This document shows, piece after piece, positions 1 through 9,798 of a stretch of DNA of 64,000 bases. Positions within the stretch are counted from its first letter, which is position 1, and each line of letters begins with the position of its first letter. Below the pieces are notes generated by a model. It worked only from the letters and a program-made list of their open reading frames with translations, had not been told where the DNA came from and did no database searches. Origin of the DNA: Capsulimonadaceae bacterium (lineage in GTDB: Bacteria; Armatimonadota; Armatimonadia; Armatimonadales; Capsulimonadaceae); the NCBI GenBank assembly GCA_965215505.1, contig OZ244065.1:3488001-3552000 (forward strand), written 5' to 3'. The position numbers and the translations under genes were made by a program.

Positions 1-30
1 AGAGCGCCTGTGGGCGAACGCGCACAGGCA

Positions 31-108
31 GGGCGAACACAAGGTTCGCCCCTACGGGGCAGGACCGGATGTATAGACGGATGTAGGGCGCGAACCTTGT
101 GTTCGCCC
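31..108. repeat. Pair of GTAG-type REP hairpins (family F)
   Basis: GGGCGAACACAAGGTTCGCCCCTAC (31-55) and an inverted copy GTAGGGCGCGAACCTTGTGTTCGCCC (83-108); related motif at 19431, 28211 and 47720. Confidence 0.8.
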
Positions 109-198
109 TTCAATACGATTAGGCGCAAATAAGCCATCACGACAAACGAAAGGGGGCGCGGTGAACCGCGCCCCCTTTCCTGCCGCACCCTCTCCAGA

Positions 199-417
199 TT
201 AGAACGCATGCGCGATGGCGAACACGGCGTAGGCCGCGCTCGACCCCATCAGCGCCACCACCCCGACCATGTCCCACCGCCGCGCGAACCGCCGGGCCAG
301 GCTCGTCCGGCGGGCCGCCGGGGTCGTCTTGACCGTGCCCGCCGCCGGGAGGGCAATGCTGTTGCCGTTGATGGTGATGTCGCCGATGGTGGTGCTGTTG
401 TAGATGGCCTGCTGCAT
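199..417 (-). CDS. Small hypothetical membrane protein
   Basis: 72 aa ORF with a C-terminal hydrophobic helix; TATAAT upstream (~463-468, minus strand); hairpin downstream (149-178). Confidence 0.6.
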   Translation of the reverse strand: MQQAIYNSTTIGDITINGNSIALPAAGTVKTTPAARRTSLARRFARRWDMVGVVALMGSSAAYAVFAIAHAF

Positions 418-567
418 GGTCGTGTCCCCCGTGTCCCGTCCGCTTCAATGTCGTTGATGGGGGTATTATAGACCGGGAACCGGGGGGCGGGTGCGCCGGG
501 CGTCACACGCCGCCTGTGAACTTTGTCACACGCAGGAACTCCGCCGGACGACGGCGAACCTATCGCC

Positions 568-1434
568 ATGACACTTTCCGAAGCCCCAAACGGGCGGCCC
601 ATCCGTGTAGACCGGCGGTTCAGCGCCGGGTCCGTCTGCGCCAGCGCCCTCCTCCTGCTCGCCCTGTCTCCCCTGCGGCCCGCGCGGGCCGACGCCCCAG
701 CCGCGCCCCCCACCAAACCGGCGGCCCACTTCCCGGCCCTGGCTCCCGATGCCTCGGGCCGCGTCGGGGCGGGGACGCCCTTGCAGAATGTCCACCGGAT
801 CGTCTGCCTCGGCGACAGCATCACGCAGTTCGGCGAAGGCCCGAACGGCTACGTCGGCCTGATGCGGGCTTATCTCGCTCAGGCGTACCCACAGAACGGC
901 TTCGAGGTCGTCAACGCGGGCGTTTCGGGCAACACCTCGAACGACGAACTGGGCCGCTTCGACCGGGACGTGCTGCAAAAGAAGCCCGACCTGCTCACCG
1001 TCAGCGTCGGCGTCAACGACGTCTGGCACGGCTTCAATTCCAAGTCCCCGCAGGGCGGCGGGCCGGGCGGCGTCGCGCTCCCCGTCTACCGCGCCAACGT
1101 CGAGAAGATGGTGACGGAGGCTCAGGCGCGGGGCATCGAGGTCGTCCTGCTGTCCCCCACCGTCATCGGCGAGGACCTGAACGACCCGCGCAACGCCCTA
1201 GCGACGGGCTACCTCGCGGCCCTGCGGGACATCGCCCGCCGCCACAAGTGCCTGTTCATAGACATGCGCGGCCCCTTCCAGACGTATCTCGACCTGTACC
1301 GCACCACCGGCCACACCGACAACCTGCTGACCGGGGACGGCGTCCACATGAACGACTGGGGCAACCGCCTGATGGCCGCGACCATCCTGTCCGCCCTGCT
1401 GGCCCCCGCCCCCAAGGGCGTGACGCTGTTATAG
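568..1434 (+). CDS. Secreted SGNH/GDSL hydrolase
   Basis: GDSIT, NAGVSG, GVND and DGVH blocks; signal peptide ending ARA; start uncertain. Confidence 0.9.
   Translation: MTLSEAPNGRPIRVDRRFSAGSVCASALLLLALSPLRPARADAPAAPPTKPAAHFPALAPDASGRVGAGTPLQNVHRIVCLGDSITQFGEGPNGYVGLMRAYLAQAYPQNGFEVVNAGVSGNTSNDELGRFDRDVLQKKPDLLTVSVGVNDVWHGFNSKSPQGGGPGGVALPVYRANVEKMVTEAQARGIEVVLLSPTVIGEDLNDPRNALATGYLAALRDIARRHKCLFIDMRGPFQTYLDLYRTTGHTDNLLTGDGVHMNDWGNRLMAATILSALLAPAPKGVTLL
578..630. repeat. Family B REP arm inside the 5' end of the SGNH gene
   Basis: Nearly identical to 17418-17470 and to the reverse complement of 8561-8614. Confidence 0.85.
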
Positions 1435-1451
1435 AATAAGGAGACTCGGCC

Positions 1452-2450
1452 ATGTCACAGGACGTAATCACAGACGCAGCGAAGACGATGAAGGCGATGA
1501 TGCTGCCCCGGTTCGGGGGCTTTGATCAGTTCCGCCTGGAAGACGTCGCACGGCCCGCGCCGGGACCCGGCGAAGTTCTCGTCCGGATCGCCGGGACGAG
1601 CGTAAACCCGGTTGATGCCAAAGCCCGCGCCGGGGAACTGCTGCCGATGTTCCCGGCAGAGCGCCTGCCGCTGCTGCTCGGCTTCGACGCGAGCGGCGTC
1701 GTGGAAGAGGTGGGGGCGGGCGTCACGGACTGGCGGCCCGGAGATGCGGTCTACGGCTTCCCTGGGGCGGACCCCGGCACCACCATGCAGTTCAGCCGTG
1801 GCACTTTCGCGGAGTATGTCTGCCTCCGCACGGATGAAGTCGCCGCCGCCCCCCGGTCCATCCCGCTCGCCGAGGCGGGGGCGATCCCCCTGGCGGCGAT
1901 GACGGCCTGGCACGGCCTGATGACGCAGGGCGAGATGCAGCGCGGCCAGCGCGTGCTGATCCAGGGGGGATCGGGCGGGGTCGGCCATTTCGCCGTCCAG
2001 TTCGCGCACCGACTCGGCGCGACCGTGTACGCGACCGCCTCGGGCCGGAACACGGAGTTCCTGCGGGAGCTGGGGGCGGACGTGGCGATCGACTACGGCA
2101 CGGATCAGCTTGAAGAGCTTGCGGGCCAAATGGACCTGGTGTTCGACCTCGCACTCGGCAAGACCGAGGCGGCTTCCTGGGCCGCCCTGAAACCGGACGG
2201 GATGCTCGTCCTGGCGGCGGGGATGCCGGACCTCGCCCTGGCGCGTTCCCCCGGCCAGCGCGCCCGCTTCGCCATGGCACAGTCAACCCCCGAGGACCTG
2301 GGGCGCGTAGCCCAGATGCTGGACGACGGTCAGCTCCGCCTCACCCTCTCCGGGCGCTTCCCACTGGAGCAGGTCGGCGAGGCGCAGGCACAATTGGAGC
2401 GTGGCGGTTCCAGAGGCAAAGTGCTGGTGACCGTCTCCCAGGAGGCATGA
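1452..2450 (+). CDS. NADP-dependent oxidoreductase (MDR/quinone oxidoreductase family)
   Basis: SVNPVD, GFDASGVV, GGSGGVG and GKVLV motifs; AAGGAG RBS. Confidence 0.92.
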   Translation: MSQDVITDAAKTMKAMMLPRFGGFDQFRLEDVARPAPGPGEVLVRIAGTSVNPVDAKARAGELLPMFPAERLPLLLGFDASGVVEEVGAGVTDWRPGDAVYGFPGADPGTTMQFSRGTFAEYVCLRTDEVAAAPRSIPLAEAGAIPLAAMTAWHGLMTQGEMQRGQRVLIQGGSGGVGHFAVQFAHRLGATVYATASGRNTEFLRELGADVAIDYGTDQLEELAGQMDLVFDLALGKTEAASWAALKPDGMLVLAAGMPDLALARSPGQRARFAMAQSTPEDLGRVAQMLDDGQLRLTLSGRFPLEQVGEAQAQLERGGSRGKVLVTVSQEA

Positions 2451-2643
2451 GGCACGCGCAGATGCGTGGCTTCTGCCGCTCGGCGTTGAGGAAAGCTACC
2501 CCCGTCCCCCCGCTTGCGCGTCGGACAATTCCTCTTGCGAGGAGGGCCGGTTGCCCGGAAGGGTAGCCGTCGTCATTATAGCATATCGGTCAGGTGATGG
2601 CAGGCTCCATGCCAGAGGGCGGAGGGCTGAGATGAGATCGGGA

Positions 2644-2773
2644 CGAGTGATTAAAATCACTCGCTCCTGTCGGACCTGTCCAGGGGACAGAAGAAGGAGA
2701 GGGCGCTGCCGTCCATGTCGCTCCCCTTGTCCCCTGGACAAATCCGGCGGCAGCGAGTGATTTCAATCACTCG
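2644..2773. repeat. Family A REP doublet (REPIN-like), copy 1
   Basis: Inverted arms CGAGTGATT(G/A)AAATCACTCG...TGTCCAGGGGACA around a spacer. Confidence 0.9.
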
Positions 2774-2854
2774 GCCTGTCTCGGCCCCGCTTGGCCTGTC
2801 CGTTTCAGCCAGCCTCGACCACTGGCCCGTAGCTTCACCCAATGAGCCGTTGAA

Positions 2855-4264
2855 ATGCAACCCAGACCCCGCCCCCGATGGCCCCTACTTCTCACCCTGC
2901 CCCTCTGCCTCGCCGCGCCCCTGCTGACGCCCCGCGACGCCCGTGCGGACGCCATTGACGACTTCGTCCAGGCCCAGATGGCGAAGCAGCACGTCCCCGG
3001 CGTCGCCGTCGGCGTGGTGGTGAAAGGGAAGTTCGTCAAGGAGAAGGGCTACGGGCAAGCCGATGTCGAGCGGAACGTGCCGGTCACGACGGACACGGTC
3101 TTCGAGATCGGCTCCGTCACCAAGCAGTTCACCGCGACGGCCATCATGATGCTGGTGGACCAGGGCAAGATCAGCCTGGACGACAAGATCAGCCGCTACC
3201 GGGACGGCCTGCCCGAAGCATGGCGGGCGGTGACGATCCGGCAGCTTCTGTCCCACACCTCAGGCATCCCCGATTATGAAGCCATCATGGGCTACAGCTC
3301 CTATCGTAATATCATGACCGCCGATCAGGTCATCGCGCTGGCCGCCGGCAAGCCCATGGACTTCGCGCCGGGCACGCGCTGGAACTACAGCAACACGGGC
3401 TACTTCCTGCTGACTTTGGCACTGGAAAAGATCACAAAGCAGCCCTATATCCAGTTCATCCAGGCCCGCATCCTCTCGCCGCTGGGCATGACCCACACCC
3501 GGTCCAGCGAGCCGCGCGACATCATCCCATTGCGGGCGGCGGGGTACGCTTACGAGGACGGGCATCTGGAGAACCGCGACGCGATCCAGCCGACGGCGAC
3601 CGGCGGCGCGGCCATGCTGGTCTCCACACTAGGGGACATGGCGAAATGGGGGGCCGAAATCCTGACGCCCACTCTGCTGCACGAGAAGGACTACGACCTA
3701 ATGTGGGCCGACACGCCGCTCGCCGACGGCACCCCGAGCGGCTACGGCTTCGGCTGGTTCGTCAGCCCCAAGCACGGACACCGCGCCCTGGAACACTCGG
3801 GCGGCACGGCGGGCTTCACCTGCGACATGCTCTGGCTCCTGGACGACCGGGCGGTCGTCATGGTCCTGACCAACGGCTACCAGTCCACGGCCCGCCCGAC
3901 GCCGATCCTGGACTTCTGCGCCGACGCCTTCGTCCCCGGCCTGGCCTACCGGCCCATCCCCGACGCCAACCCGAAAGTCACCGCCGCCGTCAAGGATCTG
4001 GACGCCCACCGCACCGACCCGGACGTCTACGCCGCCCCCCTGACCGCCGCCTTCGCCGCCGCCCTCCGGCCCACCTGGGCGCAGGACCGCGCCTTCTTCC
4101 GCGCCCTCGGCCCGGCGCGCTCCGTCACCCTGGTCGGGCGCACCGGCACTGATGCCCGCCCCCAGTACCGCTACCGGGTGCGCTACGCCGATGCCACCTG
4201 GCTCCTCCTGGTCACGACGGACGGCGCGGGCAAGATCGCCGGCATTCAGGCGGACGAGGAGTAG
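2855..4264 (+). CDS. Secreted serine hydrolase, beta-lactamase/PBP class C-like
   Basis: SVTK (SxxK), YSN and HSGG motifs; signal peptide. Confidence 0.9.
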   Translation: MQPRPRPRWPLLLTLPLCLAAPLLTPRDARADAIDDFVQAQMAKQHVPGVAVGVVVKGKFVKEKGYGQADVERNVPVTTDTVFEIGSVTKQFTATAIMMLVDQGKISLDDKISRYRDGLPEAWRAVTIRQLLSHTSGIPDYEAIMGYSSYRNIMTADQVIALAAGKPMDFAPGTRWNYSNTGYFLLTLALEKITKQPYIQFIQARILSPLGMTHTRSSEPRDIIPLRAAGYAYEDGHLENRDAIQPTATGGAAMLVSTLGDMAKWGAEILTPTLLHEKDYDLMWADTPLADGTPSGYGFGWFVSPKHGHRALEHSGGTAGFTCDMLWLLDDRAVVMVLTNGYQSTARPTPILDFCADAFVPGLAYRPIPDANPKVTAAVKDLDAHRTDPDVYAAPLTAAFAAALRPTWAQDRAFFRALGPARSVTLVGRTGTDARPQYRYRVRYADATWLLLVTTDGAGKIAGIQADEE

Positions 4265-4271
4265 CGGGCCG

Positions 4272-4550
4272 ATGTCAAAGACGAACAGCGGGCTGCTCCT
4301 CATCGTCGCAGGCGTCGCCATGAACGTGGCCGGGCAGATGCTCGGCTCCGTGCAACTCCCCCTGCCCTGGGCACTCGCCTATCCGCTGACGGGGCTGCTG
4401 GTGTTTGCCTCGCTGGTCGTGGGCCTGTTCGGCGTCTTCCGCCTGTTCGTCGGCCAGTTCAGCCCGGAGAAGCGGGTCAAACCGGAAGAAGATCGCCCGC
4501 CCGCCGAAGGAGTCTGGCCGCCCGCGCCCAAGCCGCCGGGCGCGGCCTGA
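4272..4550 (+). CDS. Small 2-TM membrane protein with a C-terminal VWPPAP motif
   Basis: Two hydrophobic segments; ATG directly after the upstream stop. Confidence 0.7.
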   Translation: MSKTNSGLLLIVAGVAMNVAGQMLGSVQLPLPWALAYPLTGLLVFASLVVGLFGVFRLFVGQFSPEKRVKPEEDRPPAEGVWPPAPKPPGAA

Positions 4551-4556
4551 GAGCCA

Positions 4557-4605
4557 CCGGCCATGAATGGCCGGCCTACTCCTGAGTGAAAACCCCTCCG
4601 GGGTT
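4557..4605. repeat. Family C REP arm
   Basis: CCGGCCATGAATGGCCGGCCTACT...AACCCCTCCGGGGTT; recurs at 28052, 28258, 48666, 63497 and 63601. Confidence 0.85.
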
Positions 4606-4965
4606 GGGGACTCGCTCGTCCTGTTCAAAGACCACGTCCGCGAGCTGCACGAGCTGACCCCCGCCGTGCAGTCCGCCTTGTTCCAGGAGGTCATGGCGGC
4701 GACGAACGCCCTCGTCAAAACCTGGAACCCCTGGAAGATGAACCACGCCTGCTACGGCAACGCCGAGGCGCACGTCCACTGGCACCTGTTCCCCCGCTAC
4801 GAGAGCCTGCCCGACCACCGCAACAACCCCTGGCTCCACGCCGCCGAGTTCGGGGACCATCGGATAGACGCCCAGGCGGCGCGGGAACTGGCGCGGCGGG
4901 TGCGTGAAAACCTGGCGGCAACGGTGAGGGGCGGGGAGAGAGAGGGGAGGCAGGACGAGACGTAG
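4567..4965 (+). pseudogene. HIT-family hydrolase, N-terminus apparently replaced by a REP
   Basis: GN..AHVHWHLFPRY HIT motif; usual N-terminal part is absent; the ATG lies inside the family C hairpin. Confidence 0.7.
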
Positions 4966-4976
4966 ACGAGTGAAGA

Positions 4977-5106
4977 CGAGTGATTGAAATCACTCGCTCC
5001 TGTCGGACCTGTCCAGGGGACAGAAGAAGGAGAGGGCGCTGCCGTCCATGTCGCTCCCCTTGTCCCCTGGACAGGTCCGGCGGCAGCGAGTGATTTCAAT
5101 CACTCG
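4977..5106. repeat. Family A REP doublet, copy 2
   Basis: Near-identical to 2644-2773, including the spacer. Confidence 0.92.
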
Positions 5107-5148
5107 TCTGCTTTCCCTTCCCCTCTACCGGCCCGGACGGTGGGCGGC

Positions 5149-6039
5149 CTACTGCTGGCCGACCCAGTCCGGCTGGACGACCTCGTTCCAGCGGGCGCGG
5201 ATGGCCTCCACCTGGGCGGGCGGCAGCGGGCCGGCGTCCAGCAGGCGGGCGTTCGCGCCCCAGCGGTCCGGGTTCTGCGTCCCGACGATGGCCGTCGCGA
5301 CGGCGGGCTGGGCCAGGGTGAAGCGCAGGGCGACTCCCACGGCGTCCGGCCCGCCCAGGAAGTCGTAGGCGAGGGACTGGAGGCGCTTGAAGTACGGGTA
5401 GGCGTACTCGCTCTCGGGCATGGTCTCCTTGGTCCAGGCGGCGTTCGCGATGGGCCGCTTGGCGATGACGCCCATGCCCCGCTCCAGGGCCAGCGGCAGG
5501 GTCAGGGTGATGGTCTGCTGGTCGGCGATGTTCACCGAGGTCTGGAGCGTGTCGAAGGCTCCGCACTCGACCGCATAGCGGGCCGCCTCGCGGTCCCCGC
5601 TGTAGCCGATCAGGCGGGTCTTGCCGGCGTCCCGCGCCTCCAACAAGACGGCGATCACGTCCCCCTGCCGCAGCTTGTCCTCATCGCATGAGTGGAGCTG
5701 GATCAGGTCGATGCGGTCGGTCCCCAGCCGCTGGAGGCTACGGTCGATGCTGGCCCGCAGCATGTCCGGGTCCCAATCCTCGCCGGGCAGGCCGGAGGTG
5801 TGGCCGCACTTGGTGAACAGGTGGAAGGCGTCCCGGCGGTGCCCAACGGCTTGCCCGATCAGCTCCTCGCTGCCCGCGTAGCACTCCCCCGTGTCGATGA
5901 CGTTCAGCCCGGCATCCAGGGCGCTCCCCAGCAGGCGCTCCACCGTCTCCAGTGCGGCGTTCTGAAAGCCGATCTCGGCCCCGCCGAAGCCGAGCGCGCT
6001 GACCTCCAGCCCGGTTTTTCCTAATGGTCGTCGTTCCAT
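5149..6039 (-). CDS. Aldo/keto reductase
   Basis: [42 protein letters not shown]. Confidence 0.93.
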   Translation of the reverse strand: MERRPLGKTGLEVSALGFGGAEIGFQNAALETVERLLGSALDAGLNVIDTGECYAGSEELIGQAVGHRRDAFHLFTKCGHTSGLPGEDWDPDMLRASIDRSLQRLGTDRIDLIQLHSCDEDKLRQGDVIAVLLEARDAGKTRLIGYSGDREAARYAVECGAFDTLQTSVNIADQQTITLTLPLALERGMGVIAKRPIANAAWTKETMPESEYAYPYFKRLQSLAYDFLGGPDAVGVALRFTLAQPAVATAIVGTQNPDRWGANARLLDAGPLPPAQVEAIRARWNEVVQPDWVGQQ

Positions 6040-6677
6040 GCGTGTCTCCCGTCGTGAATAGGTAGTGCAGGCTTTGTACCCAAGGTGGGGGGAACCCACC
6101 GCACCTCCAGCCAATAGCGGCGCGGGTCAAAATACGCCTTCCGCCGCGCGGCGGGCTGGAGGGCGACCCAGTTGGCGAACCGGGTCGGCACCTGCACCTG
6201 GGCGGCATTAATGACGGCCCCGCCGCGCCCCGCCAGGTGTGCGGGCAGGTGTACGGGGAAGACGGCCCAGCCGGGACGGGACGGGCCGCCGTCCATCGGG
6301 CCGTAGGGGTTCGGCAGGGGCGGGTCGTCCGGCATCGCGAGGCCGGGGGGCAGGGAGGCGTGGTCGGTCGGCAGGCGCGAGTGCGGCCACAGAGTCAGAT
6401 GCGGGAAGTGGACGGGGTCCGCCTGCATGGCCGCGAGGTCGTGCGCGCCGGTGTCGAACAGGATGGAATTCGCGTGGGTGTGGATGCCCGTGTGCCCGAT
6501 GTCCACACGCAGGGCGCGCGCGATGACGAGCCGCCCCGGCGTCTGCGCGGCCGCTGGCCTGAGTGCCGACGTGAACAGGAGCAGGCACGGGAGGGAGAGG
6601 CAAAGCAGGAGCGGGCCGGGGGCGCGGCGTTTGTGCCGCGCCCCGCCGGGGAAGAACAAGACCGATGTTTTACGCAC
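6021..6677 (-). CDS. Hypothetical secreted protein
   Basis: Signal-like hydrophobic stretch ending AAA-Q; GTG start inferred. Confidence 0.55.
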   Translation of the reverse strand: MRKTSVLFFPGGARHKRRAPGPLLLCLSLPCLLLFTSALRPAAAQTPGRLVIARALRVDIGHTGIHTHANSILFDTGAHDLAAMQADPVHFPHLTLWPHSRLPTDHASLPPGLAMPDDPPLPNPYGPMDGGPSRPGWAVFPVHLPAHLAGRGGAVINAAQVQVPTRFANWVALQPAARRKAYFDPRRYWLEVRWVPPTLGTKPALPIHDGRHAWNDDH

Positions 6678-6693
6678 GTTAGGGACCCCTTCA

Positions 6694-7239
6694 ATGGCCG
6701 TTGACCGGACCGACACACAAAGACTTGACGCCGAAAAACCCCCGCAGGTCCAGGCACCGGACTCGGAATCGCAGTTCATCCTCCAGAAAGTCCAGCCCGG
6801 CCTGCTCGGCCTGATGGACGGCTCGGTTTCCACCTTGGCCCCGATCTTCGCGGCGGCGGGCCTGACGCACAGCTCGCACAGCGCCTTCTTCGTCGGCCTG
6901 GCCGCCTCGGTGGGCGCGGGGATCAGCATGGGTCTGGCGGAAGCCCTGTCGGACGACGGCGAGGTGACGGGCCGGGGCAAGCCGATCACGCGCGGCCTGA
7001 TCACGGGCCTTGCGACCACCTTGGGCGGGATGCTGCACACGCTGCCTTTTTTGATCCTGCACCTCGCCGTCGCCCTGCACCTGGCCTACGGGGTCGTCGT
7101 GGTGGAGCTGTTCGCCATCGCCTACATCCGCTTCCACTTCATGAAAAGCCCGCTGGTCCAGACCGTCGTCCAGGTCATCGTCGGCGGCGGCATCGTCTTC
7201 GCCATCGGCCTGTGGCTGGGTAAGATCGGGGCGGGGTAG
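6694..7239 (+). CDS. VIT1/CCC1-family iron/manganese exporter (MbfA membrane-domain-like)
   Basis: [23 protein letters not shown] and [14 protein letters not shown] motifs; multiple TM segments. Confidence 0.88.
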   Translation: MAVDRTDTQRLDAEKPPQVQAPDSESQFILQKVQPGLLGLMDGSVSTLAPIFAAAGLTHSSHSAFFVGLAASVGAGISMGLAEALSDDGEVTGRGKPITRGLITGLATTLGGMLHTLPFLILHLAVALHLAYGVVVVELFAIAYIRFHFMKSPLVQTVVQVIVGGGIVFAIGLWLGKIGAG

Positions 7240-7243
7240 CGCC

Positions 7244-7795
7244 TCAAGGATGGGCGGCAGGCCGGGGCCGCGCGGCCGCCGCTTTGACCATCGCGGCGAT
7301 GCGCGGGTAGTCGCGGTTCGTCCCGAGCGGCATCGCAGGCATGCCTTCCAGCATCGCCCCCCACATTACCACCGTTTTCCCTTGCTTGTCGCGGTAGCGG
7401 ATGTCCGCGCCTTTGGACAGAAGCGCGCTGACTATGTCCGAGTCGCCGCGCAGGACGGCGAGTTCCAGCACGGACCAGCGCGGGTTCATGTCATCCATGT
7501 GCCCCCAGTCCGGCGTCTTGATCTTGTGCGTCACGCCAAGGTAGTAGATCTGGGCCTTCTGCGAGAGGCCGAAGGCGGGGAGTAGCGCGTTCGGATCCGC
7601 GCCTTCCTCCAAGAGGCGCGTGACGTCGGGGAGGTCGTTCGTTTTCACCGCGTGTACCAGGTCGTTATCACGCTGCCGCGCCCGCCCGTCGTCCGGCCAC
7701 AGCCGCCAGGTGACGACGCCAAGGATGGCGATAATCAGGAACGCGGCGGCGTACTGCTTTGCGGTGCGGGTCATTCCCGTGCCTTCTCCTGCCAC
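7244..7795 (-). CDS. Membrane-anchored ankyrin-repeat protein
   Basis: VTRLLEEGADPN and IVSALLSKGADIRYRDKQGKT ankyrin motifs; N-terminal TM. Confidence 0.8.
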   Translation of the reverse strand: MAGEGTGMTRTAKQYAAAFLIIAILGVVTWRLWPDDGRARQRDNDLVHAVKTNDLPDVTRLLEEGADPNALLPAFGLSQKAQIYYLGVTHKIKTPDWGHMDDMNPRWSVLELAVLRGDSDIVSALLSKGADIRYRDKQGKTVVMWGAMLEGMPAMPLGTNRDYPRIAAMVKAAAARPRPAAHP

Positions 7796-7805
7796 TGGCG
7801 ACGCG

Positions 7806-8513
7806 CTATGCCTTGCGCGCCCTCGCGCGGGCGGGCTTCGGGGCGGGCTTGCGGGCGGGGTGAACCGGGGCGGGCGCGGGGGTCGGCATGCTCAGGGACG
7901 GGACGGCGGCCCCGAAGGTCCGCAGGAGGCTGCCGACGACGGCCATGTCCGGGTAGCCGTCCGCCCGCACCACATACACCGTGTCCCCCGAGTGGATGGC
8001 GGCGGCGAAGCCGCGCGGCTGGTCAAAGCCGACGGTCACGACCTGACTCCCCTGGGTGATGTAGAGCAGGCGGTGGCCGCCCTCGGCCTCGAACGGGGCC
8101 TCGTAGAAGGCCAGGAAGTCGGTCGGCGCGGCCCCGGCCGCGTCGGCGGCGGGTTTGAACGAGACGACGTGCAGGTGGTGGATGTCTCTGAGCAGCGCGG
8201 TGAGCTGCCCGTCGCCCAGGAGGGCGAGGAACGGGTTGGAGGCCACCGCGTCCGCCACCGACCCTTTTTTGGGCGTGGCCGCGCCCGCCAGCAGGCCCTT
8301 GACCATGCCGAGCAGGTCCGAGTCCTTACCGTCCATTTCCATCTGCACGGCGGCACCGGGCGGGAGGGGGATGGGCAGGGGGGTGGAAGGGGCGGCACGG
8401 TCGGCGGTCATTCGCTTCCCGTCCCCGGTCTGCCCCAGCGAAGTCGGGAACTGGGCGCGGGCGGGCACGGCGAGGGAGAGTGAGAGGAGCAGCAGGGCGG
8501 GCATGGTTCGCAT
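7806..8513 (-). CDS. Hypothetical secreted protein
   Basis: Signal peptide ARA-Q; AAAGGA RBS. Confidence 0.75.
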   Translation of the reverse strand: MRTMPALLLLSLSLAVPARAQFPTSLGQTGDGKRMTADRAAPSTPLPIPLPPGAAVQMEMDGKDSDLLGMVKGLLAGAATPKKGSVADAVASNPFLALLGDGQLTALLRDIHHLHVVSFKPAADAAGAAPTDFLAFYEAPFEAEGGHRLLYITQGSQVVTVGFDQPRGFAAAIHSGDTVYVVRADGYPDMAVVGSLLRTFGAAVPSLSMPTPAPAPVHPARKPAPKPARARARKA

Positions 8514-8560
8514 GGTGGTTTCCTTTGGGATGCGGATGGGATGCCGACGAGAAAGAGCCG

Positions 8561-8735
8561 CCCGGCGCTAAACCGCCGGTCTATACGGATGGGCCGCCCG
8601 CTTCGGGGCTTCGGACAGCATGATGCCCGGAGGGGGGATTAAAGAGGGCGGGGGAACCCCGCCCCTACGCGGCCCGGATGATGCCGCCAATGACAGCGTC
8701 CCTGTAGGGGCCGGGTTTCCCGGCCCTCCTTCCGG
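8561..8735. repeat. Family B arm followed by GTAG-type hairpins
   Basis: CCCGGCGCTAAACCGCCGGTCTA...CTTCGGGGCTTCGG (8561-8614), GGGCGGGGGAACCCCGCCCCTAC (~8646-8669), GTAGGGGCCGGGTTTCCCGGCCC (~8704-8726). Confidence 0.75.
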
Positions 8736-8880
8736 CATTGTCTTTCCCCGGCTTTGTCCCCTCTTCCACTTCCCCTCCCGAATCTCCTGCCGGAACCTTT
8801 CCATTCTCGGAGCGTCCGTGATATAATAAAACCATCACCAGACGGGCGGGCAGGGAGCCGCCCGCCTTAGAGGAGCTTCT

Positions 8881-9528
8881 ATGAACAGCGACGGCATACA
8901 GAACATCATCGCGGGCGACACGGGCCAGGCCGAAAATATCAGGGCCGAAGACGGCGCGCTGACGCGCCGGCAGGTGCTGACGACGGCGGCCCGGACGGCG
9001 GGCGCGGGCCTGCTCCTGCTGCTGCCGATGGCCCGCGAGGCGGCCCACGCCGACCCGGCGGCACCTGCCCCGGCAGCACCTGCGGCCCCCGCAGCCCCGG
9101 CCACCCCGGCGGCCCCCGCGACCCCGGACCCCAAGGCCCCGGTCACCCCGGCGGCTCCCCCGGACACCTCCACCTGGACTTCGCTCGGCAAGGCCACGCT
9201 GTTCGTCAAGGGCCAGCCGCAGCGGACGGAACTGCCGAACGGCGACGTGCTGTATGTGACGCGGCTGACGGCGGACACGTTTGACGTCGTCTCGGCCAAA
9301 TGCACCCACCGGGGCTGCGAGGTCGGCTACAACAAGGACGCCAGCCAGTTCGTCTGCCCCTGCCACGGGGCGGTCTTCGCCACCAGCGGCAAGAACGTCC
9401 ACGGCACGACGCGCCGCCCCGACGAGCTGCTCCCCGCCCTGCCGTCCGTGCCGTCCGTCCAGAAGAAGGGCGAGGTGCTGGCGAACCTCAAGGCCGTCCC
9501 CGCCCCCGCGCTGATTCCGGGGCATTAA
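8881..9528 (+). CDS. Tat-exported Rieske (2Fe-2S) protein
   Basis: TRRQVL Tat motif; CTHRGC and CPCHG motifs; Pro/Ala linker; TGATATAAT extended -10 at ~8819-8827. Confidence 0.92.
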   Translation: MNSDGIQNIIAGDTGQAENIRAEDGALTRRQVLTTAARTAGAGLLLLLPMAREAAHADPAAPAPAAPAAPAAPATPAAPATPDPKAPVTPAAPPDTSTWTSLGKATLFVKGQPQRTELPNGDVLYVTRLTADTFDVVSAKCTHRGCEVGYNKDASQFVCPCHGAVFATSGKNVHGTTRRPDELLPALPSVPSVQKKGEVLANLKAVPAPALIPGH

Positions 9529-9597
9529 TCGGGGCATTAGATTGGGCATTAGTCACTGACGGTTCGCGTCAGTCGAGGCCGCCGGGACGGGGTGGGA

Positions 9598-9751
9598 CGA
9601 GTGATTGAAATCACTCGCTTCGCTCTGGACCTGTCCAGGGGACAGAAGAGGGGGCAGGAGGGGCGAGGCAGAGGAGGCCGGTCCTGTCCCTCTGCTCCGC
9701 TCCCTTGTCCCCTGGACAAATCCGGCGGCAGCGAGTGATTTCAATCACTCG
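9598..9751. repeat. Family A REP doublet, copy 3
   Basis: Same arms with a different spacer; lies between convergent genes. Confidence 0.9.
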
Positions 9752-9798
9752 GCCCACCCCCGCACTCGGCCTACCACGGCCCGTCTTGGTGGGTCAGG

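Noticed and set aside
2855-4264. Bona fide antibiotic-resistance beta-lactamase
   Set aside because: The motifs are shared by the broad serine hydrolase/PBP family, so the substrate cannot be inferred.
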